A DNA stretch of 64,000 bases from an uncultured Chloroflexia bacterium (GCA_963746845.1 CAVVCZ010000007.1:32001-96000); one strand, 5' to 3'. Counted from the first letter of the stretch, positions 17,757 through 28,265 are shown. Notes: a model not told the origin generated them from the sequence alone. Numbers and translations are program-made.

Positions 17757-18623
17757 CGGCAACCGGACGCATCCGCGTCGACGCCCATCAGCACTTCTGG
17801 CCGGAGCCGTCCCTGGCGGACTACCCGTGGATGACCGACGAGCTGGCCGCGATCCGGCGGCCGTTCCAACCCGGCGACCTCGCGCCCGCTTCTCGCCGCG
17901 AACCGGATCGACCGGACGATGGTCGTCCAGGCCCGCCCGAGCGTCGACGAGACGGCGACACTCCTCGCGACGGCGGCCGCCACGCCGTTCATCGCCGGCG
18001 TCGTCGGCTGGGTCGACCTCACGGATCCGGGGGTCGGCGCGGCGATCGACCGGCTTCGAACACTGCCGGGCGGCGATCGCCTGGTCGGGATCCGCCACCA
18101 GGTCCAGGACGAGCCCGATCCGGACTGGCTGCGACGGCCGGACGTCCGCCGCGGGATCGCGGCGGTCGGCGCGGCCGGTCTCGCCTACGACCTGCTCGTC
18201 TGGACCCGGAGCCTGCCCGCCTCCGTCGACACGGTTCGCGCGCTGCCGGACGTCCGCTTCGTCCTCGACCACCTCGCGAAGCCCCAGATCCGCGAGGGGT
18301 CGCTCCGAGCCTGGGCGGCGGCCATGGCGCCACTCGGCGCCCTCCCGAACGTCTCGGCGAAGGTCTCCGGGCTCGTCACCGAGGCGGATCACGACGCGTG
18401 GACGGTCGACGACCTCGTCGAGCCGGTGCGCCACGCGCTCGACCTGTTCGGCCCGGATCGGCTGCTGTTCGGCTCCGACTGGCCGGTCTGCCTGGTGGCG
18501 GCGTCGTACGACCGGGTCGCCGACGCCGCGAGCGACGCTCAGGCCGGGCCGGGCTTCCGCCGGCCGAGCAGGACGGCGTCTTCGGGGCGAATGCGATCGC
18601 GCCTACGGTCTGGCGTCGGCTGA
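17753..18623 (+). CDS. Amidohydrolase, probable L-fucono-lactonase; frameshifts near 17886 and 18540-18600
   Basis: DAHQHFW, VVQA, GVVGWVDL, GIRHQVQDEPD, LDHLAKP, FGSDWPV across frames. Confidence 0.85.
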
Positions 18624-18633
18624 CGCGCCGAGA

Positions 18634-19475
18634 TCAGCCCGCCGGCGCCCGCCGTGTCGAGCCGGTGGAGCGGATCGACCAGCTCGTCGGCGAGCCGGTG
18701 GAGGTCCGCGACCAGCAGCGGCACCCGCTCGTCGGTCGCCCGGACCTTGAGGAGGGTGATGCTCGCGGCATTCGGCCCCTCCCCCGGCTGACGACCCGGG
18801 ATCGCGACACCGAAGCAGACGACGCCCTCCATCGTCTCCTCGTCGTCGATCGAGTACCCGCGGTCGCGGACCCGCTCGAGGTCGGCAAGCAGCGCGTCCA
18901 CGGTCCGGATCGCGTTCGCGGTGCCGCCCGGCAGCTCGGTCACGCCGGCGAGCCGCCGGTCGAGGTCCCGCGGGATCCAGCCAGGCAAGCGCCGCCTTGC
19001 CGGTGGCGGTGCTGGTCGCCGGCAGCCGCCGCCCGATCTGCGAGGTGAGGCGGACCGGCTGACGGCCGTCGTGACGGGCGAGGTACGTCATCTCGAGCCC
19101 GTCGAGGACCGCGAGCTGGACCGTCTCCTCGGAGCCGACCGGCAGCCGCCGCGCCGCGTCGTAGAACTCCTGGACCATGTCGACCGCGACGAGGTAGGCG
19201 CCGCCGAGCTCCGCCAGCCGCCGGCCGAGCGCGAAGCCCGTCCCGACGCGGCGGACCAGCCCGGCGTCGGCCAGCGCCCCGCAGATGTTCGCGATCGACG
19301 ACTTCGGCAGCCCGAGCCGGCGGGCCAGCTCGCTCGGTCCGAGGGCGACGGCCGCGTCCTCCGCGAGCACGTCGAGGATCGACGCGGCACGCGTGACCGC
19401 CGGTGCCAGCGACTCGCCCGAGCCGCCGTCGCGCTCGTCACCGATCGTGGTCGACTGTTGAACCCCGCTGGCCAT
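18634..19475 (-). CDS. IclR family regulator; frameshift near 18968, 3' end uncertain
   Basis: [52 protein letters not shown]. Confidence 0.85.
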
Positions 19476-19544
19476 CTCCGGGCGCTCGTCCTTCCTTCCC
19501 GCCTTGCGCACACGAGCATCGCCCGCGGGCTGGCGTTCGATATC

Positions 19545-19606
19545 TTGACCGCGGACGGCACTGCGTCTACTGTCCAGCCTACCGCCGTCTGTTCAGTATG
19601 TTGGAC
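19545..19606 (+). promoter_or_regulatory. Promoter PB (TTGACC-17-TACTGT) with operator GTTCAGTATGTTGGAC (19591-19606)
   Basis: Between divergent iclR and fucD. Confidence 0.8.
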
Positions 19607-19658
19607 AAGGTTGTCCCTGTCAACGTCGGCGCATGAGGCCAGAGCAAGGGGTGAACGG

Positions 19659-20999
19659 ATGACGCGGATCGTCGCGCTCGAGGTCCTCGACGTCCGCTTC
19701 CCGACCTCGCGCTCGCTCGATGGGTCGGACGCGATGAACCCGGATCCGGACTACTCCGCGGCGTACGTCGTCATGCGAACGGATGCCGCCGACGGCCTCG
19801 AAGGCCACGGGCTGACGTTCACGATCGGGCGTGGGACCGAGGTCGTCGTCGCGGCCGTTCATGCGCTCGAACCGCTCGTCGTCGGACGGTCCGTCGAGGA
19901 CCTCGAGGCGGACCTGGGGGGGTTCTGGCGCGACCTCGTCGGCGACAGCCAGCTGCGCTGGATCGGGCCCGAGAAGGGCGTGATCCACCTGGCGACGGCG
20001 GCAGTTGTCAACGCGGTCTGGGACCTCATCGCGAAGCGCGCCGGCAAGCCACTCTGGAAGCTACTCGTCGACCTGTCACCCGAGGCGCTGATCGACCTTG
20101 TCGACTTCCGGTACCTGACCGATGCGCTGACGTGGGACGAGGCGATGGCGATGATCGCGCCGCTCGCCTCGACCAGGGGCGTGCGTGAAGCGGAGTTGCG
20201 CGCCTCTGGGTATCCGGCGTACACGACCTCCGTCGGCTGGCTGGGCTACGACGACGACAAGATCCGGCGGCTGTGCCGCGAGGCGCTGGCCGAGGGCTGG
20301 ACGCGGTTCAAGATGAAGGTCGGCGCCGATGTCGACGACGACATCCGGCGGGCCGCGTTGATCCGGGCGGAGATCGGGCCGGACCGGATCCTCGCGGTCG
20401 ACGCGAACCAGCGCTGGGATGTCCCCGTTGCGATCTCGTGGATGCGCGCGCTCGCGCCGTTCGACCCGTACTGGATCGAGGAGCCGACGAGCCCGGACGA
20501 CATCCTCGGGCATGCGGCGATTGCCCGGGCCGTCGCGCCGATCCGCGTCGCGACCGGCGAGCACGTCCACAACCGGGTGATGTTCAAGCAGCTCTTCCAG
20601 GCCGAGGCCATCTCCATCTGCCAGATCGACGCCTGCCGGCTGGGCGGGGTCAACGAGGTGATCGCGGTCCTGCTGCTCGCTGCGAAGTTCGGCGTACCGG
20701 TCTGCCCGCACGCCGGAGGGGTCGGGTTGTGCGAGCTCGTCCAGCATCTGTCCGCGGTCGACTACATCGCGATCAGCGGCCGGATCGACGGCCGGATGAT
20801 CGAATACGTCGACCATCTCCATGAGCACTTTCTCGACCCGGTCGTCATCGAGGCGGGCTCGTACCGGCTCCCGACGCTGCCCGGTTACAGCGCCGAGATG
20901 CGGCAGGAGTCGCTGACCCGCTATCGCTTCCCCGATGGCGCGGAGTGGGATGGCGGCGCGGATCTCCGGGCCCGTCTCGAGGCCGAGGCACAGGCGTAG
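19659..20999 (+). CDS. fucD: L-fuconate dehydratase (enolase superfamily)
   Basis: [71 protein letters not shown]. Confidence 0.95.
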   Translation: MTRIVALEVLDVRFPTSRSLDGSDAMNPDPDYSAAYVVMRTDAADGLEGHGLTFTIGRGTEVVVAAVHALEPLVVGRSVEDLEADLGGFWRDLVGDSQLRWIGPEKGVIHLATAAVVNAVWDLIAKRAGKPLWKLLVDLSPEALIDLVDFRYLTDALTWDEAMAMIAPLASTRGVREAELRASGYPAYTTSVGWLGYDDDKIRRLCREALAEGWTRFKMKVGADVDDDIRRAALIRAEIGPDRILAVDANQRWDVPVAISWMRALAPFDPYWIEEPTSPDDILGHAAIARAVAPIRVATGEHVHNRVMFKQLFQAEAISICQIDACRLGGVNEVIAVLLLAAKFGVPVCPHAGGVGLCELVQHLSAVDYIAISGRIDGRMIEYVDHLHEHFLDPVVIEAGSYRLPTLPGYSAEMRQESLTRYRFPDGAEWDGGADLRARLEAEAQA

Positions 21000-21001
21000 T
21001 C

Positions 21002-21331
21002 GTGGCGATTCGGCGATTCGGGCAGGTGATCCGGGTCCGGCCCGAGCGGATCGCCGAGTACGAGGCCCTCCACGCGGCGCCGTGGCCCGGCGTCCTCGCG
21101 GCGATCGAGCGCGCCAACATCCGGAACTACACGATCTTCCGCCACGGGACGACGCTCTTCGCCTACTACGAGTACGTCGGAGACGACCATGCCGCGGACA
21201 TGGCGTCGATCGCCGCCGACCCGGAAACGCAGCGCTGGTGGGCGCTCACCGACGCGATGCAGGGGCCGGACCCGAACCGGCCTCCGGGGACGTGGTGGCT
21301 GGACATCCCCGAGGTGTTCCACGCCGACTGA
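21002..21331 (+). CDS. L-rhamnose/L-fucose mutarotase
   Basis: EYEALHAAPWP, IRNYTIF, LFAYYEY, TQRWW, EVFH. Confidence 0.9.
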   Translation: MAIRRFGQVIRVRPERIAEYEALHAAPWPGVLAAIERANIRNYTIFRHGTTLFAYYEYVGDDHAADMASIAADPETQRWWALTDAMQGPDPNRPPGTWWLDIPEVFHAD

Positions 21332-21373
21332 GCGCTCGGCCCGCTCGCCCAAGGAACCAGAGTTCGACAGGGA

Positions 21374-22339
21374 TCAGAGATGAACAAGCGACCCCGACGC
21401 GGCCGACGCGTAGAGCGCCTCGATCGCGCGCGCCTGGCCGAGCGCGTCGGCACGACCCAGCCGCGGCGGCGGTCCGCCCCGGATCGCCAGCGAGACCTCG
21501 TCGATCTCGCACTGGTACGGGTCGACGATCGGGACGTCGATCCGATCCATCCCGTCGCGGAGGAGCCACCCGTCCCCGTCGTGCCATGGGTGGGCGTTCG
21601 TCGCGATCGAGCCCTCGCTGCCGATCGCCTCGATCGACTGGTGGGAGCTCCCGAACCCGGCGGTGAACTCGGCGACGACGCCGGACGGGAACCGGAGCAG
21701 GCCGCTGAACCGGACGTCGACCTCCGTCGGGCCGATCTTCTGGACCGCCAGCACCTCAGCGGGCTCCTCCCCCGCCAGCAACCGAGCCGCGCTCACGCAG
21801 TAGCAGCCGACGTCCATGAGGCAGCCGCCTTCGACCTCAGGCCGGAGCCGGATGTTCGTCGCGTCGTCCAGGACGAAGCTGAACGTCGAGCGGATCGTCC
21901 GCAGCGCTCCGATCCGGCCCGCCTCCTCTGCGAGCCGCTCCGTCTGGGGCGTGTACCGCCACATGAAGCCCTCGACGAGGACGAGACCGGCCCGCTCGGC
22001 TGCGTCGAATGCCTCGTCGACCTCGGCCGGCCGGCGCGTATACGGCTTCTCGCACAGGACGTGCTTGCCGACCGCGAGGGCGGCCATCGTCCACGGGTGG
22101 TGGAGGCTGTTTGGCAGGGACACGTAGACGGCCTCGACACGGGGGTCCGCGAGGAGCGCCTCGTACGACCCGTGCGAGCGCTCGATCCCGTTGGCAGCCG
22201 CGTACGACGCCGCGCGATCGGCGTCGCGGCTGGCGACCGCGACCACATTCCCGTGCTCGGCCAGCGACGCGCCGCCAAGGAACCGCCGGTTGATCCCACC
22301 GGTGCCGAGGATCCCCCAGGCCACGGACCGTTCCGTCAT
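21374..22339 (-). CDS. Gfo/Idh/MocA family sugar dehydrogenase
   Basis: WGILGTGGI, VYVSLPNSLH, HVLCEKP, GGCLMDVGCY. Confidence 0.9.
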   Translation of the reverse strand: MTERSVAWGILGTGGINRRFLGGASLAEHGNVVAVASRDADRAASYAAANGIERSHGSYEALLADPRVEAVYVSLPNSLHHPWTMAALAVGKHVLCEKPYTRRPAEVDEAFDAAERAGLVLVEGFMWRYTPQTERLAEEAGRIGALRTIRSTFSFVLDDATNIRLRPEVEGGCLMDVGCYCVSAARLLAGEEPAEVLAVQKIGPTEVDVRFSGLLRFPSGVVAEFTAGFGSSHQSIEAIGSEGSIATNAHPWHDGDGWLLRDGMDRIDVPIVDPYQCEIDEVSLAIRGGPPPRLGRADALGQARAIEALYASAASGSLVHL

Positions 22340-22404
22340 CGCCCCACCTCCCCGGCGATCATCGCATCCGCGGAGCCGCGACAACCAGGGCAGATCGTCG
22401 CCGA

Positions 22405-23316
22405 TTACACCAGCTTGATCCCGCTCGTCAGGACGTACACGGCATACACGGCACCGGTGGCACAGATGAACAGGCGATTGCGCGCAGGGCCGCCGAAGCA
22501 CACGTTGGCAACCACATTCGGAACGCGGATGATGCCGATCAAGGTCTTATCAGGCGAATAGCAGCGAACGCCGTCGCCCGCGCTGGTCCATACGTTGTCG
22601 GCCTCGTCCAGGCGAAATCCGTCGAAGAACCCCGCTGGGCATTCGGCGAAGACATGGCCACCCGACAGGCGCCCCGCATCGACGTCAAAGACCCGGATAT
22701 GGGCCGGGCCACCCTCGACGTGGGTTCGACCGGTGTCCGAGACATACAGTCGCCGCTCGTCAGCCGAGAGCGCAAGGCCGTTGGGTTGGACGAAGTCGTC
22801 CGCGGCTACGCGGACTGGGCCGCCGGACGGGTCGATGCGGTAGAGGCGCGACCGCCCGATCTCCGAGGTGGCGCGACGTCCCTCGTAGTCGCTGTCGATG
22901 CCGTAGGTCGGATCGGTAAACCAGATCGCGCCGTCTGACGCGACAACGACGTCGTTGGGACTGTTGAATCGCTTCCCCTCGAACCGATCGGCGAGGACGG
23001 TGATCGAACCGTCATGCTCGGTCCGCGTCACCGATCGGGTCAGTTGCTCGCAGGTGACGAGGCGGCCCTGGCGATCGAGAGTGTTGCCGTTCGCGTTCCG
23101 CGACGGGGACCGAAACTCGGAGACGTGCCCGGAGGATTCGTCCCAACGCAAGATCCGATCGTCCGGGATGTCACTCCAGAGGAGATAGCGGCCCGCTGGC
23201 ACATAGACGGGCCCTTCCGCCCAGCGGGACGTGTCGTCCAGGAGGTCGAGTCGCGCGGTCGTGTTCACAAGGCTCGCGAAGCGCCGATCGAGGATCTCGT
23301 ACGTCTCCCCGCTCAT
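22405..23316 (-). CDS. SMP-30/gluconolactonase family lactonase
   Basis: WAEGPV, WSDIP, NGNT, FNSPNDVV, FTDPTYG, PNGLA, DGFR. Confidence 0.92.
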   Translation of the reverse strand: MSGETYEILDRRFASLVNTTARLDLLDDTSRWAEGPVYVPAGRYLLWSDIPDDRILRWDESSGHVSEFRSPSRNANGNTLDRQGRLVTCEQLTRSVTRTEHDGSITVLADRFEGKRFNSPNDVVVASDGAIWFTDPTYGIDSDYEGRRATSEIGRSRLYRIDPSGGPVRVAADDFVQPNGLALSADERRLYVSDTGRTHVEGGPAHIRVFDVDAGRLSGGHVFAECPAGFFDGFRLDEADNVWTSAGDGVRCYSPDKTLIGIIRVPNVVANVCFGGPARNRLFICATGAVYAVYVLTSGIKLV

Positions 23317-23377
23317 GCATCTTCCTCCGGTGCGCGATCGCCGGTCGCGAACGCACTGGGGGTTGCGATGACCGTGA

Positions 23378-24682
23378 TCACGCTCCGGGCGCGAGGAACA
23401 GTTCCACGACCGGGACCGCAAGGTCTGGGCGTTGCACCGGCAGCTTGAGCGTCAGCGTGCCTGCCGGCTGTCCGCCAGGATGGATGGTGCCGGCCTGCGC
23501 GCCCGGCGGCAGCGAGATGACGCCGACCTCCGACCCATCGTTAAGTAGTTGGGCGTAGTCGACCTTGCCGGCCAAGCCGGGCAGATGAACATGCTGGAAC
23601 GGCCAAGCGAACAGGTGGAGGTACAGACGGTCGCCGCGCTGCGTGTAGCGGGCGTCGGCTGGGGCTGTGAACGTGGACGGACCAGCGCCGTAGATCGAGC
23701 GGCCGTGGAGTCGGGTCCACTCGCCAAGGCCGCGGAGCGATGCGATCGCCCGCGGATCGAATTCGCCGCGTGCGGTGGGACCGACGTTCAGCAGCATGTT
23801 CCCGTCCTTGGAGACTCCGTCCACCAGCATCCGAACCAACAGGTCGACCGGCTTGTAATCCAGGTTGTCGCGGTCGTAGCCCCAGCTGCCATTGAGGGTT
23901 TGACACGCCTCCCAGACGATGGGCTTGCCGTCAGCCGACATGGGCCCAGCCGGCTGGTACTGCTCAGGGGTGATGAAGTCGCCGGGGATGCCAAGGCGAT
24001 CGTTGACGATGATCCCGGGCTGTAGCCCCCGCACCATCGCCAAGAGCTCGGTCGACCCCCAGAAGGCCGGACCCTTTCCTGGCAGGACCGTCGATTCAGG
24101 GATCGTGCCGTCTTCGTAGGAAAAGTCAAAGAAGAGATAGTCGATCTTGCCGTATCGGGTGAGCAACTCCCTGACCTGGCCATGGAGGTACTCGCGATAC
24201 TGGGTCCCGTCCTTCCCAGCGTTCAGCGTGGCGACGTCGCTGCGCGATCGCAGCGGATGGAAGTCGTCGATCGCGAAGTCGGGATGGTGCCAATCGAGCA
24301 GGGAGTGATAGAAGCCGACCTTCAGGCCGGCCGCGCGCACCGCTTCGACGAACGGCCCGACCAGATCCCGACCGTACGGGGTAGCCGTCACCGAGTAGTC
24401 GGTCAACGCCGAATCCCAAAGGCAGAAGCCCTCGTGATGCTTCGTCGTCAGCACGACGTACCGCATCCCCGCGTCCGCGGCGGCCCTTGCCCACTCATTC
24501 GGATCGTAGAGGTCGGGGTCGAAGTGCTGGAGGTACCGTTCGTATGCCTCGGGTGCCGTCTCCTCTCTGCTCATCACCCACTCGTGCCGGGCTGGCAAGG
24601 CGTACAGGCCCCAATGGATGAACATCCCGAACCGGGCCTCGAAGAACCAGCCCAAGTCCGCGCCGTTTCTGCCGTGGGTCAT
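23378..24682 (-). CDS. Alpha-L-fucosidase (GH29), cytoplasmic
   Basis: WFFEARFGMFIHWGLY, TTKHHEGFCLW, YHSLLDWHHP, FFDFS, NDR, LLNVGP; no signal peptide. Confidence 0.95.
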   Translation of the reverse strand: MTHGRNGADLGWFFEARFGMFIHWGLYALPARHEWVMSREETAPEAYERYLQHFDPDLYDPNEWARAAADAGMRYVVLTTKHHEGFCLWDSALTDYSVTATPYGRDLVGPFVEAVRAAGLKVGFYHSLLDWHHPDFAIDDFHPLRSRSDVATLNAGKDGTQYREYLHGQVRELLTRYGKIDYLFFDFSYEDGTIPESTVLPGKGPAFWGSTELLAMVRGLQPGIIVNDRLGIPGDFITPEQYQPAGPMSADGKPIVWEACQTLNGSWGYDRDNLDYKPVDLLVRMLVDGVSKDGNMLLNVGPTARGEFDPRAIASLRGLGEWTRLHGRSIYGAGPSTFTAPADARYTQRGDRLYLHLFAWPFQHVHLPGLAGKVDYAQLLNDGSEVGVISLPPGAQAGTIHPGGQPAGTLTLKLPVQRPDLAVPVVELFLAPGA

Positions 24683-24687
24683 GGGTC

Positions 24688-25548
24688 TCAGCGCCCGCCG
24701 AACCCGGTCGTGAGGAGGCCGCGTACGAGATTCTTCTGCAGCAGGATGACCAGAATCACCGAGGGCACCATGGCCATGATGGACGCGGCCATCATCAGGT
24801 TCCACTGCGTGCCCTGCTTGCCGATGAACTGCGCCAGGCCGAGCGGCACCGTTCCCTTGGAGTCGACCGTGTCGATGATGATCAGGGGCCACAGGTAGCT
24901 ACCCCAGTAGGCGATAAAGGTGAACATCGCCAGCACCGCAAGCGCCGGGCGCGCGAGCGGCAACATGATGCGGAAGAAGGTCGTGAACTGACCTGCCCCG
25001 TCGACCCGCGCCGAGTCCACGATTTCGCCCGGCACCGTGAGAAAGAACTGGCGAAGGAGGAACGTCCCGAACGCCGTGAATGCCCATGGGAGGATCAGTG
25101 CCTGGTAGCTGTTCACCCAGCCCAGCGTCTGCATGAGCCAATACATCGGGACGATCAGCACCTCCTGCGGCACCATCAGCGTGCCGAGGAAGAGAACGAA
25201 CACCAGCTCGCGTCCTCGGAACCGCAGCCGGGCGAAGGCGTAGGCGGACAGGCTCGACGCGGCAACCACCACGGCCGTCCCGATGACCGCCACCAGAAGG
25301 CTGTTGAGGAAGTACTGGCCGAACGGGGCGAACTGGAATGCCTCGACGTAGTTGTCCCAGTCCACCTCCGTGCCCACGAGCGTCGGGGGGACGGTGAACA
25401 CCTCGTTGTCCGGCTTGAGGGAGGTCGCCACCGCGAAGACGAGTGGGGCGACGAACAGTAGCGCGACGACCACAAGAAGGGCGTGGGAGATGACGGGGCG
25501 CAGTCTGACCGGGCGACCGCGAGACAGCGTGCGGCCTTCAGCCGTCAT
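24688..25548 (-). CDS. Carbohydrate ABC transporter permease (MalG-like)
   Basis: AYAFARLRFRG, FLLRQFF, DSARVDGA (EAA loop). Confidence 0.93.
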   Translation of the reverse strand: MTAEGRTLSRGRPVRLRPVISHALLVVVALLFVAPLVFAVATSLKPDNEVFTVPPTLVGTEVDWDNYVEAFQFAPFGQYFLNSLLVAVIGTAVVVAASSLSAYAFARLRFRGRELVFVLFLGTLMVPQEVLIVPMYWLMQTLGWVNSYQALILPWAFTAFGTFLLRQFFLTVPGEIVDSARVDGAGQFTTFFRIMLPLARPALAVLAMFTFIAYWGSYLWPLIIIDTVDSKGTVPLGLAQFIGKQGTQWNLMMAASIMAMVPSVILVILLQKNLVRGLLTTGFGGR

Positions 25549-26470
25549 AGTGCACCCACCGCTTCTGGCCGAGAAACTGGATCGCCGTGATCCCCATGAT
25601 GATGACGAACAGGACCCATCCGGCCGCCGCAGCGAGTCCCATGTGCAGGAACCGCCAGCCCTCGTTGTAGACGTACATCACCAGCGTTTGGGTGGCATTG
25701 CCCGGACCGCCCTGGGTAAGCAGGAAGGGCTGCGCGAACACCTGGAACGACGTGATCAGGGTCAACGTGGTGGCGAAGAAGATCGACGGCGTGATCAGCG
25801 GCAGGGTCACGTGCCAGAACCGCTGCCGCCCGCTTGCACCGTCGATCGCGGCGGCCTCCAGTTGCTCCTGCGGCACCTGATCCATCGCCGTCGAAAACAC
25901 CAGGAAGTTGTAGCCGAAGCCCTGCCAGACTGACATGGCGACGATCGCCGGCATCGCCCACGCCGAAGACGCCAGGAAGATCGGCGCGCTGACGCCAAAC
26001 AGGCTCTGTGACGCGGAGTCCAGCAGTCCGCCCGGCTGGTACATCAGTCGCCACACCATGATGTTCGCGACCATCGGCGCCATGACCGGGATGAAGAACA
26101 GGATTCGGAACGCCCCGCGCCCCTTGATCTTTGGGGATACCCACGCCGCGAGGCCCAACGAGACGACGACGTTGAGTGGGACGTAGAGCACGACGAACAG
26201 GCACGTGTTGAGCACGACCTGGCGGAAGACGGCGTTTCCGAGAAGGCGCGAGTAGTTGTCGAGTCCGCGAAAGGTGGGGTCCCCGAAGACCGGCCAGTCG
26301 AACAGGCTCATGACCAGCGCCATCACCGTCGGGAACAACGTGAACAGGGCGAGGCCGAACAAGCTGGGCGCGAGGAAGATCAGGGCATAGCGACGGTCAC
26401 TCCGCAGGGGGTGTCGGACGTGCGCTCGTTCCGCGACCCCGGGCGGCGAAGCGGTGGTATCGATCGCCAA
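25538..26470 (-). CDS. Carbohydrate ABC transporter permease (MalF-like)
   Basis: EAAAIDGA, VTLPLITP, TQGGPGNAT. Confidence 0.93.
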   Translation of the reverse strand: MAIDTTASPPGVAERAHVRHPLRSDRRYALIFLAPSLFGLALFTLFPTVMALVMSLFDWPVFGDPTFRGLDNYSRLLGNAVFRQVVLNTCLFVVLYVPLNVVVSLGLAAWVSPKIKGRGAFRILFFIPVMAPMVANIMVWRLMYQPGGLLDSASQSLFGVSAPIFLASSAWAMPAIVAMSVWQGFGYNFLVFSTAMDQVPQEQLEAAAIDGASGRQRFWHVTLPLITPSIFFATTLTLITSFQVFAQPFLLTQGGPGNATQTLVMYVYNEGWRFLHMGLAAAAGWVLFVIIMGITAIQFLGQKRWVHYDG

Positions 26471-26537
26471 TGGAGACGGCCTCGCATGCGATGTGGCGGC
26501 GACGCCACGAAGCGCCGCCGCCCCATCTTGCCTGAGC

Positions 26538-27851
26538 TCAGGATCCGGCCTGGTCCTGAACCGCCTGCAGGGCCGCTTCCGGCGTGATCTCGCCGCTCAG
26601 CGCTTGCACGCCGTACCGGTCGAACACGTCACCTGCCTGAACCCAGTTGTTCGGGGTGACCAACGGCACCGAATGCGCAGAGGCGTAGTCGAGCGTGTCG
26701 CGGGCGCCCTCGACGTTCGCGGCACCGTACCAGGAGTCCTGCACGGACGGTCGTGCCGGGAATGCGCGCCCGGCGGCGCCAAGCTCGGCCAGCGTCTTGT
26801 CGCCGGTCATCGAGGCGATGGCCTGGAATGCCGCGTCGGGATCCTTGCACTGCTTCGAGATCCCGAAGCCCGAACCAGCCGTGTAGGTCTTCGAGCCGCC
26901 CGCACCGGCCGGCATCGGAGCCACGCCTACGGGAAACTTCGACTGGCCCTTCACGCTGATCACCGACCAGGGCCCCTCGACCATCATCGCGGCCTGGCCA
27001 GAGGTGAATTGGTCGATCATCGTGGTCCAGCCAGCGCCGCCCGCACCGGGGCCCGGTGCTGCGACCTTGGGGTCTCGCATCAGATTGACGTACTGCGTAT
27101 AGCCATCAACGAATGCGGGCGAGGTGACGGCCAGCTTGCCGTTCTCGACCACCGGGGCGCCCGTGAGCGTCTGAACCCAGGCCAGGTAGGTCAGGTCCGC
27201 GGAAGCGGTGGCAAAACCGTACTTGCCGCCCGTGGTCAGCTTGTTCGCAGCCGCTTTGAAGTCGTCGACCGTCCAGCCGGCCTTCGGCTCCGCCACGCCG
27301 GCGGCTTTGAAGAGGTCGCGATTGTAGTAGAGGATCATTGGCCCGAAGTCGTACGGCAGGGCGATCTGCTTGCCGTCGTGCTTCAGCCCGTCGAGGATCG
27401 ACTGGTCGAAGTCCCCGGCCTTCACCCCGTATTTCGCCATGAGATCGTCCAGTGGCACCAGGCCGTCGCCATAGGCTGACTGGCGCAGGCTCTGCATCCC
27501 AACGATGCACGGCCCACTGGCACTGGTTAGCTGGGCACCGATCTTGGACCAGTAGTCGCCCCAAGGGCTGCCCTGCAGAGTCACCTTGATGCCTGGATGG
27601 TCGGCAGTTACCTGGGCGCCCACTTTCTCCCAGGCCGCCTGATCCTCTGTTCCACCGATCCAGAACTGCCACGTCAGGTCAGCACTCAGTTCTGAGGCTT
27701 GCGGAGCTGACGCCTGTGGGGTGGAGGCCTGTGGGGTGGAGGCCTGTGGGGCCGAAGGCTGGGGCGTACTGGTGGAGCTGCCGCACGCCGTGGCAAATAG
27801 CCCGACGGCGACGATGCCCACCACCACCCTCCATCTACCGAGAGGACGCAT
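26538..27851 (-). CDS. Sugar ABC transporter solute-binding lipoprotein
   Basis: Lipobox FATAC, LYYNRDLFKAAGV, GQAAMMVEGPW; GGAGG SD. Confidence 0.92.
   Translation of the reverse strand: MRPLGRWRVVVGIVAVGLFATACGSSTSTPQPSAPQASTPQASTPQASAPQASELSADLTWQFWIGGTEDQAAWEKVGAQVTADHPGIKVTLQGSPWGDYWSKIGAQLTSASGPCIVGMQSLRQSAYGDGLVPLDDLMAKYGVKAGDFDQSILDGLKHDGKQIALPYDFGPMILYYNRDLFKAAGVAEPKAGWTVDDFKAAANKLTTGGKYGFATASADLTYLAWVQTLTGAPVVENGKLAVTSPAFVDGYTQYVNLMRDPKVAAPGPGAGGAGWTTMIDQFTSGQAAMMVEGPWSVISVKGQSKFPVGVAPMPAGAGGSKTYTAGSGFGISKQCKDPDAAFQAIASMTGDKTLAELGAAGRAFPARPSVQDSWYGAANVEGARDTLDYASAHSVPLVTPNNWVQAGDVFDRYGVQALSGEITPEAALQAVQDQAGS
27694..27765 (-). repeat. 15-bp imperfect tandem repeat encoding (PQAST/A)x5 tether
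   Basis: PQPSA PQAST PQAST PQASA PQASE after the lipidated Cys. Confidence 0.85.
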
Positions 27852-27883
27852 GGCAATGACTCCTCCGTTCGATCGCCTCGGCC

Positions 27884-27975
27884 GTCCAGCATATTGGACA
27901 GGGGGCGGTAGGCTGGACATTATGGCATCGGGACGGGCCGAGTCAAGATACGGCACACCGGACAGCATGTTGAAC
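27884..27975 (-). promoter_or_regulatory. Promoter PB' (homolog of PB) with operators at 27884-27899 and 27960-27975
   Basis: TATCTTGAC and TGTCCAGCCTACCGCC identical to the fucD promoter; operators GTCCAGCATATTGGAC and GGACAGCATGTTGAAC. Confidence 0.8.
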
Positions 27976-28030
27976 GACGTCGAGGGCGAGTGACGTCGGC
28001 GATCGAGCCACAGGCCCCCGCCCGCGCCAG

Positions 28031-28093
28031 TTGACGCTGCGGTCGAGCGTGTCGTATCGTTCAGTCCTCGGGCTACTGGACAGCATGCTGAAC
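28031..28093 (+). promoter_or_regulatory. Promoter PA' (homolog of PA) with operator GGACAGCATGCTGAAC (28078-28093)
   Basis: TTGACG-18-TATCGT; aligns along its length with 16697-16635. Confidence 0.8.
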
Positions 28094-28118
28094 GGCACAC
28101 TTGGAGCCACCTCGCCAA

Positions 28119-28265
28119 ATGATGCCCCGCAGGTCCGCGGCACAAGCTACCGCGTGCACGGCACGCAGTTCGCTCCCGGACGGTCAACGCGTCCGGGTCG
28201 AGAGCGAGCGGATCGGCCTCGGTGACGCTTGCCGCGTCAATGCCAGAGTGGGATCCACATCGTGA
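28119..28265 (+). pseudogene. Remnant of the 3' end of an FAH-family gene
   Basis: LPDGQRVRVESERIGLGDACRV aligns with FAH C-terminus LGDGSTVVVEIEGIGRLTNRCRA; its stop overlaps the SDR start as in copy 1. Confidence 0.6.

Noticed and set aside
15920-19048. 1042-aa ORF as a single protein
   Set aside because: Patchwork of antisense FAH sequence and frameshifted pieces of the AKR and amidohydrolase
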